A stretch of DNA of 64,000 bases from an uncultured Phycisphaerales bacterium (lineage in GTDB: Bacteria > Planctomycetota > Phycisphaerae > Tepidisphaerales > Tepidisphaeraceae). Within the stretch, counting starts at the first letter, position 1. Each line of letters starts with the position of its first letter. The notes under the pieces are model-generated. The model worked only from the letters and a program-made list of their open reading frames with translations, had not been told where the DNA came from and made no database searches. The position numbers and the translations under genes were made by a program. The stretch is from positions 4,416,001-4,480,000 of the forward strand of contig CAVWLP010000002.1 in NCBI GenBank assembly GCA_963755915.1, given 5' to 3'. Shown here piece after piece: positions 9,647 through 21,600 of the stretch.

Positions 9647-10366
9647 ATGTTCTCGAAAAAATCGTTCAAAATCGTTTTATCCATCATCGGGTGGGCATCG
9701 TTTGCCGCCGACGTAGCCCGCGGGAACCTCGTCACCAACAGCGACTTCCTTTCCTACACCGGTTCCCCTCCCAAGGACTTTTTCAGCCATGTCCTGCCCA
9801 CGGACTGGAGCAGCGGCGGTTATGTTTTTGTCGATACCCCCGGCAGCGCGGATAATCCCTTGGATCTCGGCATACCCGTCTATCCGTCTTTCCCCGTGAA
9901 CACCCCTCTCGGTGGAAATTTTATCGAGGCCGATGGCACCACGGGATTATCCAGCCCCCTCACCCAGACCATCAATACTTTGATTGCCGGCGACAGCTAC
10001 ACCCTTTTCTTCTATCAGGCCGCCGGACAGCAGTTGGGTGACGCCTTCGCCGGCCCCACCACCGAGCAGTGGCAAGTCAGCCTGGGGAGTAGCCCTTCTC
10101 AATCTTCCACTTTGATGTCCGATCCGGCGGGCGGCGTCATCCCCTGGCAGTCGCAGACAATGACCTTCACCGCCACCAGCAGTTCTGAACTGCTCAGCTT
10201 TGTCCCCATCGGCACCGGACTCCCGCCGATCGTCTTTCTCGGCAACCCAGACCTGGAAGCCAACGTCCCCGAGCCATCCGCTTGTCTGCTGCTCGCCAGC
10301 GTGGGCACCGTTGTCGGCATCGGCAGGCTCGGACGCCGATTGCGCGCCAAACCCTCCACCGCCTGA
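9647..10366 (+). CDS. PEP-CTERM protein 6
   Basis: GGGAG RBS, signal peptide, NLVTN...GGNFIEADG...TEQWQVSLG...VPEPSA with basic tail. Confidence 0.9.
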   Translation: MFSKKSFKIVLSIIGWASFAADVARGNLVTNSDFLSYTGSPPKDFFSHVLPTDWSSGGYVFVDTPGSADNPLDLGIPVYPSFPVNTPLGGNFIEADGTTGLSSPLTQTINTLIAGDSYTLFFYQAAGQQLGDAFAGPTTEQWQVSLGSSPSQSSTLMSDPAGGVIPWQSQTMTFTATSSSELLSFVPIGTGLPPIVFLGNPDLEANVPEPSACLLLASVGTVVGIGRLGRRLRAKPSTA

Positions 10367-10420
10367 CTCGGCGCCGGCTCCCTTATCAATTGCCGTCTTG
10401 TGCACCCAAAAGGAAAAACT

Positions 10421-11140
10421 ATGCTCGCGACAAAATTTTCCATCCTCGTAGTTCCCGCAATCGCGCTGGCCCTGCTTACCTGCGGTATCGCTAACGCGAA
10501 CCTGGTGACCAATCCCTTATTCTTGTCCTACACCGGCCTCGCGCCAAAGAATCAAATACAGCAAGTTTCGCCGACTGACTGGACCGGCGCGGACTTCACA
10601 TACGTCGATGCCCCCGGTACCGCCGATGATCCCTCAGCGCCCGGCATACCCGTCTATCCACCGTTCCCCGTCAACAGCCCCGCCGGTGGCAATTTCATCC
10701 AGTCCGACGGCACTCCGGGTTTGTCCGTTGCGATCACTCAAACCATAAACGGCCTCACGAACGGACAGAATTACAGCCTGACTTTCTATCAGGCCGGTGA
10801 CCAGGAACTGGGCGGTGCCGTCGGGTCGTTGGAGAATTGGGAGGTCAGCCTGGGCAGCGATACCCAGTATTCGACCGTGATGAACGTTCCGCAGGGCGCC
10901 GTGGTGCCCTGGCAGCCGCAAACGATGTCGTTCACGGCCACGGGCACCTCCGAGCTACTGAGCTTTTTCGCCATCGGCACCCCCGGAGATCCGCCCATGG
11001 TCTTTTTCTCTGATCCAGACCTGGAGGCAAACGTGCCGGAACCCTCCGCCTTCCTATTGCTTGCGGCCGTGGGTATCGTTATCGCCATCGGCAGAGTGGG
11101 CCGCCGGGTGATCGCGAATCGAATGCATATGCCGGCGTAA
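10421..11140 (+). CDS. PEP-CTERM protein 7 (close paralog of 6)
   Basis: NLVTN..FLSYTG, PTDW, GIPVYP.FPVN, GGNFI and PDLEANVPEPSA shared with protein 6. Confidence 0.9.
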   Translation: MLATKFSILVVPAIALALLTCGIANANLVTNPLFLSYTGLAPKNQIQQVSPTDWTGADFTYVDAPGTADDPSAPGIPVYPPFPVNSPAGGNFIQSDGTPGLSVAITQTINGLTNGQNYSLTFYQAGDQELGGAVGSLENWEVSLGSDTQYSTVMNVPQGAVVPWQPQTMSFTATGTSELLSFFAIGTPGDPPMVFFSDPDLEANVPEPSAFLLLAAVGIVIAIGRVGRRVIANRMHMPA

Positions 11141-11214
11141 TTGGGCCCCATCGACTGATCTGTCCTCTTCTCCGATTGGAAGAAGGGGATTCGCCACTTC
11201 CAGAACTTGACATC

Positions 11215-12050
11215 ATGGCCGTTCAATTCCATGCAATGCTTTTGACGGTTTTGCGGCTTTCTGTCTGGCTGACGATTCTGGTCGTCATCTTCGTCCCGCT
11301 TGAGCGTCTCTTCGCCGCGCACCCGCAGAAAATTCTTCGGCGGGGGATCGGCGCCGATCTGGGATATTTTTTCATCAGCAGCCTTATTCCCGCCGCCGTG
11401 ATCAGCGGACCGATGGCTTTCCTGGCTGTGATCATCCACCGCGCCGTTCCGAGCAGTTTTCTCGCGGTCACCGGATCCTGGCCGATTTGGGTCCAGGCCA
11501 TCGCGGCACTTTTCGTTTCTGAGATCGGATACTACTGGGCCCATCGCCTGAGCCACGAAATTCCTTTTCTCTGGCGTTTCCATTCCATCCACCACAGCGC
11601 CGAGCATGTCGATTTTCTGGTCAACACGCTGCGCACCCCGTGGACCTGGTCTTCAGCCGATTCTGCGCCCTGGTTCCGATCTACGTTCTGGGCCTCGGCA
11701 GCCCAAGAACCGCCGCCGGCAGCCTGGTGCCCGTGATCGCCACATTGATCACCACCTCGTGGGGTTTTTTCATTCACGCCAACATTCGTTTGCGGTTCGG
11801 TCCCCTGGAGCGGCTCGTTTCCACCCCCGCTTTCCATCACTGGCATCACACCCTCTCCGGCCCCATCAACCGCAACTACGCCTCCACTTTGCCCTGGCTG
11901 GACCGAATCTTCGGCACCCACCACCTCCCCAAGGAATTCCCGACCGCCTACGGCACCGTGGATAAGCTTCCGGAGTCACTTACCGATCAGCTCTTTTATC
12001 CATTGCAAAAACCAGCGCGAGATGCGCAAAGCTCGACAACTCCGCGATAA
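11215..12050 (+). CDS. Sterol desaturase/fatty acid hydroxylase family di-iron protein; apparent frameshift near 11630
   Basis: His boxes HRLSH, HSIHH, HAN and HHWHH; a 1-nt insertion restores NTRAHPVD. Confidence 0.88.
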
Positions 12051-12216
12051 TAGAGAAACACTGCACTCCTAAATCGCATCATCACTGATTACTCGAGTGA
12101 TCCAGATCAATCCCGATGACGGCGTTGCCGATTACGATCTGCTCGTATCAGGATTTTCCATTCGACTAACCGTTGGCATTACAATCGATGCCCGACGACT
12201 CTTTGAGGCCTCAGCC

Positions 12217-13452
12217 ATGAAGCTTCGCATCGGTATTTTGCCGTATTCAGAGCTGCCGCATCTGGCGCCGTGCCTGCGCATTTGCCGGGAGCTGCTGAAA
12301 TCGGACCACGAGATTCATATCTTCCGTTCTGAGGTCTTCGCCATCTTCCCCGGAGAAAAGCAGGCATGGGGCGAACTGCTGCCGAAGTTTGGTTTGAACG
12401 GGCTTCAGGTCATTCACCGGACCCAAAGCACGTCATTTGTCGATTGGCTGGTGATGCAGGCAAAAGAACGGCGTCTTGACGTTATCATTCTCGACGCCGT
12501 TTGGCAGGGATTGGCCTTCGAACTTCGGTCATTGGTCAGACACGTCGTCGTCCATCATGCGGGGCTGCCTGATTTCAGGTCGCCCGACTTGCCGCCGTGG
12601 TCGTTCGCCCAGCCCAATCACTCCGCGGAAATAGTGACCCGGACGCGACGCGCTCTGGAATCCGCCGACCTTGTTCGCGCCGTGCGCGGCGCCCTTTCCA
12701 CCGTGAAGGCACTTTCACCGGCGGGTAAATCGATCGCCGATAAATACGAATTTGGATGCACAGAACTCGGCAATTTACCTGCGATTCGTGCGATGAGTCT
12801 ATCTCCTTGCGTCGAATTTCCTGCCGAGCGGGGGCGAATCGAGTATTTCGGAACACTTTTGCCTTCGCCCCGGGACATCGATTGGACGCCCATTCCCCTG
12901 GAGCTGTTGGAGGATTCTAGGCCTCTGATCGCCTGTGTGTTCGGAACGACAGGCTTGCAAACGCGGGCCGAGTATCAATGGCTCTACGCACTGACCAAAA
13001 CTCTTGCAGACTCGCTGCCGCGGTGCCAAGTGATAACAGTCATCCCGCAATGGGCGCGTTCGCCCCAGATGGGAAGCGATTTGCCAAACAATGCCGCTCT
13101 CTATTCGTGGGTACCCTTGTGGGAGCTTCTTTCGATGCGCAGAACGACGAAGCTCTTGGTGAGTACGCCGGGTGTTGGCGCATTTCGAGAAGCGATTGCT
13201 TCGGGTACGCCCATTGTGGCCGTTCCTCGCCGGCTGGATCAATTCGGAGTAGCGGCTCGCGTGCAATTTTTCGGAGTGGGCGCCATGCTGGTTTCGCACA
13301 CACTGCCTTCCACAGACGCCGTGGTGCGGCACGTCGCCAAAACCTTTGAAGATCCGCAGATCCAGGCGCGTACGGATCGCCTCCGCCGGGAATTTGCCGC
13401 GTTCGATTCAACGATGCCCCTACGGCACTTCATTGAAACACGTATTTCATGA
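12217..13452 (+). CDS. GT-B fold glycosyltransferase (GT1/UDP-glycosyltransferase-like)
   Basis: N-terminal 'PHL.P.L.I.RELL...HEI' and C-terminal WVP...G.G...EAI..GTPIVAVP..LDQ signature. Confidence 0.75.
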   Translation: MKLRIGILPYSELPHLAPCLRICRELLKSDHEIHIFRSEVFAIFPGEKQAWGELLPKFGLNGLQVIHRTQSTSFVDWLVMQAKERRLDVIILDAVWQGLAFELRSLVRHVVVHHAGLPDFRSPDLPPWSFAQPNHSAEIVTRTRRALESADLVRAVRGALSTVKALSPAGKSIADKYEFGCTELGNLPAIRAMSLSPCVEFPAERGRIEYFGTLLPSPRDIDWTPIPLELLEDSRPLIACVFGTTGLQTRAEYQWLYALTKTLADSLPRCQVITVIPQWARSPQMGSDLPNNAALYSWVPLWELLSMRRTTKLLVSTPGVGAFREAIASGTPIVAVPRRLDQFGVAARVQFFGVGAMLVSHTLPSTDAVVRHVAKTFEDPQIQARTDRLRREFAAFDSTMPLRHFIETRIS

Positions 13453-13474
13453 CCTGGACGAGAATTAAAGGCAA

Positions 13475-13733
13475 CATGCGAACGTGCGGTTTCGGTTCGG
13501 CCCACTCGAATGGCTTCTTTCCACCCCCGCGTTTCATCACTGGCACAACACGCTTTCAGGTCCCATCAATCGCAATTGCCCTTCGACCCTCCCCTGGCTC
13601 GACCTCCTAAGGCACTGTAGATAAGCTTCCGGAGTCACTTACGGATCAGCTCTTTTATTCATTGCAAAAACCGGCGCGAGATGCGCAAAGCTCGACAACT
13701 CCGCGATAATAGAGAAACACTGCACTCCTAAAT
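13475..13733 (+). pseudogene. Second, degenerate copy of the desaturase 3' end and downstream sequence
   Basis: Encodes HANVRFRFGPLEWLLSTPAFHHWHN...LPWLD, then an about 40-nt deletion, then near-identity to 11948-12074. Confidence 0.85.
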
Positions 13734-14058
13734 TGCGTTACGGAAGCGCACAGGCCGATTTATGGCTTCTTTCGCCTGCCAGAGCCTGCCTGATTCGATC
13801 CTCATGCCAAAAATCGCTGCGGGTTTTTCGGCCGGTCGTCGCGGTCGATTACGGCAGGTCAACGCTTTGTCCTTAGGGGTAACTGCAATTACCAATGTGA
13901 CGGCGGGCAATCTGTCGATGAAAGTTGCTGGATTTTATCGGCCAAATCGGTTTGATTGGTAGAGAGATGAAAACAGATTAGGGGGTCCGCAAGGCGGTCG
14001 GGCCCAATCAGGAAATCGTTTAACCAAGCATTCGTAGTTCACTAGCGGGATTTGCAAA

Positions 14059-15306
14059 TTGACCACTATAAAAGACCCTCAACGCCCTATCGTCGCGCCC
14101 GATCATCAGCTTCCGCCGCCGCGCTCAACCACGCGTCACAAGATCGTCACCGTGATTTTGTGGCTGGTGATCATTCTCGTGTTCGCGGTCGCGTTCATCC
14201 TGGTCTTGCGAAAGCAGAATGAGCCACAAGCGGCCGGTGGACGCTTTGGCGCGGCAGGGCAAGCCGTCACGATTTCCGCCGCGACGGCGCGCACCGGTAA
14301 CGTCGGGCTGTACCTGGATTCGATCGGGACGGTGACGCCGGTTTATACGGTTTCCATTACCAGCCAGGTCAATGGGCAGGTCGTCGCGGTACATTTCACC
14401 GAGGGACAATTGGTGAAAAAGGGGGATCCGCTGATCGATATCGATCCGCGGCCGTATGCGGCCACCCTGCTCCAGGCGCAAGGGACATTGGAACGCGATC
14501 AGAATCTCCTGGCGCAGTCCCAGATGGACCTGGACCGTTACCAGCAGGCGTGGGCGCGCAATGCAATTCAGAAGCAGACGCTGGACGATCAGGAAAAGCT
14601 CGTGCTTCAAAATCAAGGTACGGTGAAAAACGATCAGGGCGCGGTGGATTACGACCAGGTGCAGTTGGAGTTTTGCCACATCACGTCGCCGATTACGGGG
14701 CGGGTTGGCCTGCGGCTGGTGGATCCTGGCAATGTCGTGCAAGCTGCGGGCAATACGGTGCTGGCGGTGGTGACGCAGATTTCGCCAATTACCGTGGTGT
14801 TCCCGATTGCGGAGGACAATCTCGACCTGCTTGAGTCGCACATGCAGAATGGGGCGAAACTTGAGGCGGACGCCTATGACCGGGCGGACCAGAAGAAGCT
14901 GGATACGGGAAATCTGATTACGATCGACAACCAGATCGATACGACGACTGGGACGGTAAAGGGGCGGGCGCTATTTCCGAATAAGAATACGCCGCTGTTT
15001 CCCAATGAGTTTGTGAACGTGCACCTGTTGGTGACGACGCTGAAGGGAGTGACGCTGGTGCCGGCGTCGGCGATTCAGCATAACGGAGATGATTCGTTTG
15101 TGTACTCGATTGAGGACGGGGTGGCGCACCTTGTGAACGTCACGCCAGGAGTTACCGACAACGGGCGCACTCAGGTGACGGGAATTAAGCCGGGGCAGAA
15201 GGTGGCCAACAGCGGATTTGAGCGGCTGGACGATGGTTCGAAGGTGAACGTGACAACGAGGCCGTCGACCGCGCCGTCGAGCAGCGTCGAAAGCGAAGCG
15301 CCGTGA
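14059..15306 (+). CDS. mdtA: RND efflux periplasmic adaptor MdtA/MuxA
   Basis: TM anchor, GQLVKKGD, ITSPITGRVGLRLVDPGN, IDNQIDTTTGT. Confidence 0.93.
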   Translation: MTTIKDPQRPIVAPDHQLPPPRSTTRHKIVTVILWLVIILVFAVAFILVLRKQNEPQAAGGRFGAAGQAVTISAATARTGNVGLYLDSIGTVTPVYTVSITSQVNGQVVAVHFTEGQLVKKGDPLIDIDPRPYAATLLQAQGTLERDQNLLAQSQMDLDRYQQAWARNAIQKQTLDDQEKLVLQNQGTVKNDQGAVDYDQVQLEFCHITSPITGRVGLRLVDPGNVVQAAGNTVLAVVTQISPITVVFPIAEDNLDLLESHMQNGAKLEADAYDRADQKKLDTGNLITIDNQIDTTTGTVKGRALFPNKNTPLFPNEFVNVHLLVTTLKGVTLVPASAIQHNGDDSFVYSIEDGVAHLVNVTPGVTDNGRTQVTGIKPGQKVANSGFERLDDGSKVNVTTRPSTAPSSSVESEAP

Positions 15307-18300
15307 GCCCTTCCCGCCAGTTCATTTTAAGGCCCGTCGCAACGTCCCTGCTGATGGCGGCGATTCTGCTGGTGGGAATTGTCTGTTACACGCAGTTGCC
15401 GGTCTCGGCGCTGCCGCAGGTTGATTATCCAACCATTCAGGTGCTGACGTTTTATCCGGGAGCGAGTCCCGACGTGATGGCGACGACGGTGACCGCCCCA
15501 CTGGAGCGCCAGTTTGGTGAAATCCAGGGGCTCAGCCAGATGACCTCGACCAGTTCCGCCGGAACGTCGGTCATCGTCCTTCAGTTTGATCTGAGCCTGG
15601 GGCTCGACGTCGCGGAAGAGGAAGTACAGTCGGCGATCAACGCGGGGCAGAGCTATCTGCCTTCGGATCTTCCATCGCCGCCGATCTACAGCAAGACCAA
15701 TCCGGCCGACGCCCCGATTCTCACGCTGGCGGCGACCTCCAATTCGATTCCGCTCTCGCAAGTGGAAGACCTGATCGACACGCGGCTGGCGCCGAAGATT
15801 TCGCAGCTCAGTGGCGTAGGGCTGGTGAGCATCAGCGGCGGCCATAAGCCGGCGGTAAGAATCCAGGCGAATCCGACGGCGCTGTCGGCCTACGGAATCA
15901 ACCTGGAAGATTTGCGCACCGCTCTCACGCAGGCGAGCGTGAACGCAGCAAAGGGAAACTTCGACGGGCCGCGGCAGGACTGGCAGATTGACGCGAACGA
16001 TCAACTCGTGACCAGCGATGATTACAAGAACGTCGTAGTGGCCTATCGGAATGGATCGCCGGTGATGCTGACGGACGTGGCCAAGATCGTCAACGGGGTT
16101 GAAAACAGCTCGCAGGCGGCCTGGATGAACCTGACGCCGGCGGTCATCGTCAACGTGCAGCGCCAGCCGGGCGCCAACACGATTAATGTTGTCGCCAGCA
16201 TCAAAAAGCTGTTGCCGTCGCTGGAGACGAACCTGCCGGCGGGGATCGAACTGACGACGCTGACTGACCTGACCACGCCGATCCAGGCTTCGATTTCAGA
16301 CGTGAAATTCGAGTTGTTTCTTACCATCGCTCTGGTGGTGATGGTGATTTTCGTTTTTCTGCGGAATCTTTATGCGACGATCATCCCCAGCGTGGCGGTG
16401 CCAGTATCACTGGTGGGGACATTCGCTGCGATGTGGGCGTTTGGGTATAGCCTCGACAACCTGTCGATGATGGCCCTGACGATTTCGACCGGTTTCGTCG
16501 TCGACGACGCGATCGTCATGATCGAAAACATTTCGCGGTACATCGAAGAAGGCGAATCGCCAATGGAGGCGGCGCTGAAGGGGTCGGAGCAGATTGGGTT
16601 CACGATTATTTCGCTGACGGTTTCCCTGATCGCCGTGCTGATCCCCCTGCTGTTCATGGGCGACGTCGTCGGGCGGCTGTTCCGCGAATTCGCGGTGACG
16701 CTGGCGGTGACGATCATCGTTTCGGCAATCGTTTCCCTGACGCTTACGCCGATGATGAGCTCGCGCATTTTGCGGGCGAGGGGGGACCAGTCGCACGGCC
16801 GATTCTTCCAATGGTCGGAATGGGCGTTTAACTCGATGATCGCCTTTTACGGCCGGACGCTTCAATTCGTTCTAAGACACCAGACCGCAACGTTGCTCGT
16901 GGCCGTCGGCACCATGGCGCTGACGGTGCTCATGTACATCGTAATTCCAAAGGGACTGTTCCCCGTGCAGGACACGGGCGTGATCCAGGGGATTTCGCAG
17001 GCGGCGCCGACGATCAGTTCCACGGCAATGGCGCTGAAACAGCGCCAGCTTGCGGAGGTGATCTTGCAGGACCCGGCCGTGGAAAGCCTTTCGTCGTTCA
17101 TCGGCGCCGACGGGACGAACACGACGCTGAACAGCGGACGGTTTTCGATCAATCTCAAGCCGCTTGAGGATCGGAAGATCAGCGCTTCGGATGTGATTCG
17201 GCGCTTGCAGCCCAAGCTCCAGCAGGTTGAGGGGATCACGCTTTACATGCAGCCGGTGCAGAACATCACGGTGGATGACCGCGTGAGCCGCACGCAGTAT
17301 CAGTTCACGCTTGAGGATGCCGATCAGACTGAGCTGAACAAATGGACGGCGCGGTTTGTCACTCGTCTCCAGCAATTACCGCAACTGGCGGACGTGGCCA
17401 CCGACCAGCAGTTAGGCGGCGCGGCCGTTGACCTGGTAATCGACCGCGTAACCGCCTCGCGCCTCGGCATTGCCCCGTCGACGATCGACAACACGCTTTA
17501 CGACGCCTTCGGCCAGCGGCAGATCAACACCATGTACACGCAGGTGAACCAATACCACGTGATCCTGGAGACAGACCCGAAATTTCAGCAGGACCCGCAA
17601 CGGCTGAACCAGATTTATATCCGTTCCAACACTTCTTCCGGCGCAAGCGGGGCAGCGGCGGCATCATCGTTTTCGGCGTCGGGCTCCGCGACGGCCGGTT
17701 CGAACGCGCTGACCGGCTCCGTGCTCTATACACCGTCGGCAAATACGCTTGCCCCCCCTACCAACGCGCTGGCGCCCACTTCCTCGACGCCGGCGACCGG
17801 AGCCGGTTCGGCGGGAACTCCAAGCTCGCAGATGGCCGAGGCCGTGCCTCTGGGGGCCTTCACGCATTTCCACTCAACCAGTGAGCCGCTTTCCATCAAT
17901 CACCAAGGACAGTTTCCGGTCATTACCGTTTCCTTCAATCTCGCGCCCGGCTATGCCCTCAGCCAGGCGATGACCGCGATCGATAAGGTGCAGGCGGATA
18001 TAAATTTCCCGGCCAGCCTCCAGGCCTCATACCAGGGGACGGCCGCATCGTTCCGAAATTCACTGACCAATGAGCCGATACTGATCCTCGCGGCCATTGT
18101 GACCGTCTACATCGTGCTCGGCGTCTTATACGAGAGCTTTATTCACGCGATCACGATTCTCTCCACGCTTCCATCTGCCGGTGTCGGCGCGTTTCTGGCT
18201 CTAATGCTCTTCCACCAGGACCTGAGCGTCGTAGCGATCATCGGAATCGTTTTGCTGATCGGCATCGTGAAGAAAAACGGAATCATGATGGTGGACTTCG

Positions 18301-18617
18301 CGCTGGAGGCCGAGCGCAAGCAGGGAAAGAACTCGACCGAGGCCATTTACGAGGCGTCGCTGCTGAGATTTCGGCCCATCATGATGACGACAATGGCCGC
18401 TCTGCTCGGCGGACTTCCACTGGCGTTTGGCGGCGGCATCGGCTCCGAGCTGCGCCGGCCGCTGGGAATCGCCATGGTCGGCGGCCTTCTGCTGAGCCAG
18501 GCGCTCACGCTCTATACAACGCCCGTCATTTACATTTTCTTTGATAATCTCGCGCATCGCATCGGGCGCAAGCCGGAGATGAATCCGAACGACATTCGTG
18601 GAGCGCAGCTTGCATGA
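15303..18617 (+). CDS. mdtB: RND efflux permease MdtB/MuxB
   Basis: [61 protein letters not shown]. Confidence 0.93.
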   Translation: MSPSRQFILRPVATSLLMAAILLVGIVCYTQLPVSALPQVDYPTIQVLTFYPGASPDVMATTVTAPLERQFGEIQGLSQMTSTSSAGTSVIVLQFDLSLGLDVAEEEVQSAINAGQSYLPSDLPSPPIYSKTNPADAPILTLAATSNSIPLSQVEDLIDTRLAPKISQLSGVGLVSISGGHKPAVRIQANPTALSAYGINLEDLRTALTQASVNAAKGNFDGPRQDWQIDANDQLVTSDDYKNVVVAYRNGSPVMLTDVAKIVNGVENSSQAAWMNLTPAVIVNVQRQPGANTINVVASIKKLLPSLETNLPAGIELTTLTDLTTPIQASISDVKFELFLTIALVVMVIFVFLRNLYATIIPSVAVPVSLVGTFAAMWAFGYSLDNLSMMALTISTGFVVDDAIVMIENISRYIEEGESPMEAALKGSEQIGFTIISLTVSLIAVLIPLLFMGDVVGRLFREFAVTLAVTIIVSAIVSLTLTPMMSSRILRARGDQSHGRFFQWSEWAFNSMIAFYGRTLQFVLRHQTATLLVAVGTMALTVLMYIVIPKGLFPVQDTGVIQGISQAAPTISSTAMALKQRQLAEVILQDPAVESLSSFIGADGTNTTLNSGRFSINLKPLEDRKISASDVIRRLQPKLQQVEGITLYMQPVQNITVDDRVSRTQYQFTLEDADQTELNKWTARFVTRLQQLPQLADVATDQQLGGAAVDLVIDRVTASRLGIAPSTIDNTLYDAFGQRQINTMYTQVNQYHVILETDPKFQQDPQRLNQIYIRSNTSSGASGAAAASSFSASGSATAGSNALTGSVLYTPSANTLAPPTNALAPTSSTPATGAGSAGTPSSQMAEAVPLGAFTHFHSTSEPLSINHQGQFPVITVSFNLAPGYALSQAMTAIDKVQADINFPASLQASYQGTAASFRNSLTNEPILILAAIVTVYIVLGVLYESFIHAITILSTLPSAGVGAFLALMLFHQDLSVVAIIGIVLLIGIVKKNGIMMVDFALEAERKQGKNSTEAIYEASLLRFRPIMMTTMAALLGGLPLAFGGGIGSELRRPLGIAMVGGLLLSQALTLYTTPVIYIFFDNLAHRIGRKPEMNPNDIRGAQLA

Positions 18618-21600
18618 ACGTCTCGGACCCATTTATCCGCCGGCCGGTTGCGACCACGCTGATCACCGCGGCGATCGCCATCGCGGGCATGATTGCATTC
18701 AAGGTTTTGCCGGTTTCACCCCTGCCGCAGGTGGATTTTCCGACGATTTCGGTCGGAGCCGGCTTACCCGGGGCCAGCGCGGAAATCATGGCCTCTTCGG
18801 TCGCCACCCCGCTGGAGCGGCAGTTTGGGCATATCGCGGGGGTGACCGAGATGACGTCCTCCAGCTCGCTGGGGACGACAACGGTTACCCTTCAATTTGA
18901 TCTGAGCCGCAATATCGACGGCGCCGCTCGCGACGTGGAAGCGGCGATCAATAACGCCCGCACATATTTGCCCGCGAATCTGCCGTCGAATCCCACCTAT
19001 CGCAAAGTAAATCCCGCCGACGCCCCGATCCTCATCCTGGGCCTTACCTCCGACATCTACGGGCCCGACAAGCTTTACGACGTGGCCTCGACGATCATCG
19101 AGCAAAAGCTTTCGCAGATAGAGGGGGTCGGCCAGGTGAGCGTGGGGGGTGGAGCCTTGCCCTCGGTGCGCGTCGATGCCAATCCCACGCAACTGGCGAA
19201 TTACGGCCTGGGCCTCAGCGATGTGCAAAAGGTTCTGAGCCTCCAGAATTCGGACATGCCCCGCGGGCAGATCGCCAATGCGGGGACGACGGCGGACATC
19301 ATCACCAATGGCCAAATATCGCATGCCGCCGATTACGCCCCGCTAATCATTGGCTATCACAACGGTCTTGCCGTGCGCCTGGAGGATGTGGCGAAGGTGA
19401 CCGACTCGGTACAGAACATCCGCGCGGGGGGATTTCTGAACGGGAAGCGCGCGGTGATCGTGATCGTTTTCCGCCAGCCGGGGGCAAATATCATTGAAAC
19501 CAATGAGCGAATTCTTGCCCAATTGCCCGCGGTCAAGGCGTCGATTCCGCAAGGTATAGAGACCACTGTCGTGCTCGACCGGACCACCACGATTCGCGCT
19601 TCGGTGAACAACGTTGAAGTAACGCTGATCATTGCGGTCAGCCTCGTGGTTGTGGTGGTTTTCGCGTTTTTACGCAATGCGCGGGCAACACTGATTCCGG
19701 GCGTCGCCGTCCCGATCTCCCTGATCGGCACGTTCGCGATCATGTACCTCTTCGGTTACAGCCTGGACAACCTTTCGCTGATGGCGCTGACGATCTGCAC
19801 GGGGTTCGTGGTAGACGACGCCATCGTGGTGATGGAGAACATCACCCGCCACCTCGAGGCGGGCATGAAGCCGTTCGAAGCGGCGCTGAAGGGACGCAGG
19901 AAATCGGGTTTACGGTCGTCACCATCAGCATTTCGCTCATCGCGGTCTTCATTCCGCTGTTGCTGATGGGCGGGATCGTCGGCCGGCTGTTCCGCGAGTT
20001 CGCGGTGACGCTTTCCACGGCCATCATGGTCTCAATGGTCGTCTCGCTGAGCACCACGCCCATGATGTGCGCTCACTTTCTCAAACCCATTCAAAATCAA
20101 AAGCACGGTCGCATTTATGCGGCGTCCGAACGAATATTCGATTCCATGCTCAAGCTTTACGACCGTACGCTTCAGTGGGTCCTCCTCAATCCCGCCCCAA
20201 TACTTTTCGTCCTTGCCCTGATCGTCGCTCTGAACGTCGTCATGATTTTAAAACTCCCCCAGGGGTTTTTTCCCCAGCAAGATACCGGCGCAATCGCGGG
20301 CGGCCTGCAGGGGCCCCAGGATGCGTCGTTCCCGTTTATGAATAATTCGATAAAAATGATTGCCGGTGTGGTCAAAAACGATCCGGCTGTGCAGAACGTT
20401 GTCGCATTCACCGGCGGCGGCGGGGCGACGAATACGGGCTTTGTATATATCGCGCTAAAGCCGCTCAAACAGCGGAAGGTGAGCGCGTTCGACGTGATCA
20501 ACCGCTTGCGGCCGAAGCTCAATCATCTCCCCGGGGCGTCGGTCTTCCTGCAGGCGGCGCAGGATTTGAGGATGGGCGGGCGAAGCAGCAACGCGATGTA
20601 TCAATACACGATCCAATCCGACAACGTGAACGACCTGCTCACCTGGGGACCGAAAATGCTGGCGGCGATGAAGAAACTGCCGGGCTTGCAGGACGTGAAC
20701 ACCGACCAGCAAAACGGCGGGCTCGATGAAATGTTGACCTATGATCGTGCGGCGGCGGCCAGGCTCGGCGTGACGCCGCAAACCCTCGATTCGGCACTCT
20801 ACAGCGCCTTCGGCCAGTCCGAAGTTTCGGTGATTTACACGCAGCTCAACCAATATTACGTCGTGCTCGAGGCCGCGCCGCAATATTGGCAAAGCCCCGA
20901 TGGGCTGAAGGCGATTTATCTCCAAAACTCGGGGCCCAATGGCGTTCCCATCGCGACGATGTCCGAGAATAGCAGCGGCACCACCCCGCTGGCGGTAAAT
21001 CACACCGGCCTGTTTCCATCGGTCACACTTTCGTTCAACTTGGCCCCGGGTGTTTCCCTCAGCCAGGTGACTACGCTACTCAACAACATGCAGAAGAAGA
21101 TCGGATTGCCGGACACGGTCCACGGGTTCTTCGCGGGCACGGCCGCCGCCTATCAGCAATCCAAAAACTCCGAATACGTCCTCGTCGTCACCGCCCTGCT
21201 AGCCGTCTATATCGTGCTTGGGATCCTCTATGAGAGCCTCGTCCATCCCATCACAATCATCTCCACCCTCCCCTCCGCCAGCGTCGGCGCAATGCTGGCC
21301 CTGATGATCTTCAAGCAAGAGCTCGACGTCATTTCCATCATCGGCATCGTTCTGCTGATCGGCATCGTCAAGAAAAACGCGATCATGATGATCGACTTTG
21401 CCCTACAGGCCGAAAGGAATGAGGGAAAGACCAGTGCCGATGCGATCTTCGAAGCCTGCATGCTCCGCTTCCGCCCGATCATGATGACGACGACCGCGGC
21501 GCTCTTCGGCGCTGTCCCCCTGGCGTTTGGAACGGGCACCGGATCCGAACTGCGCCGCCCGCTGGGAATCACGATCGTCGGCGGCCTGATCGTGAGCCAG

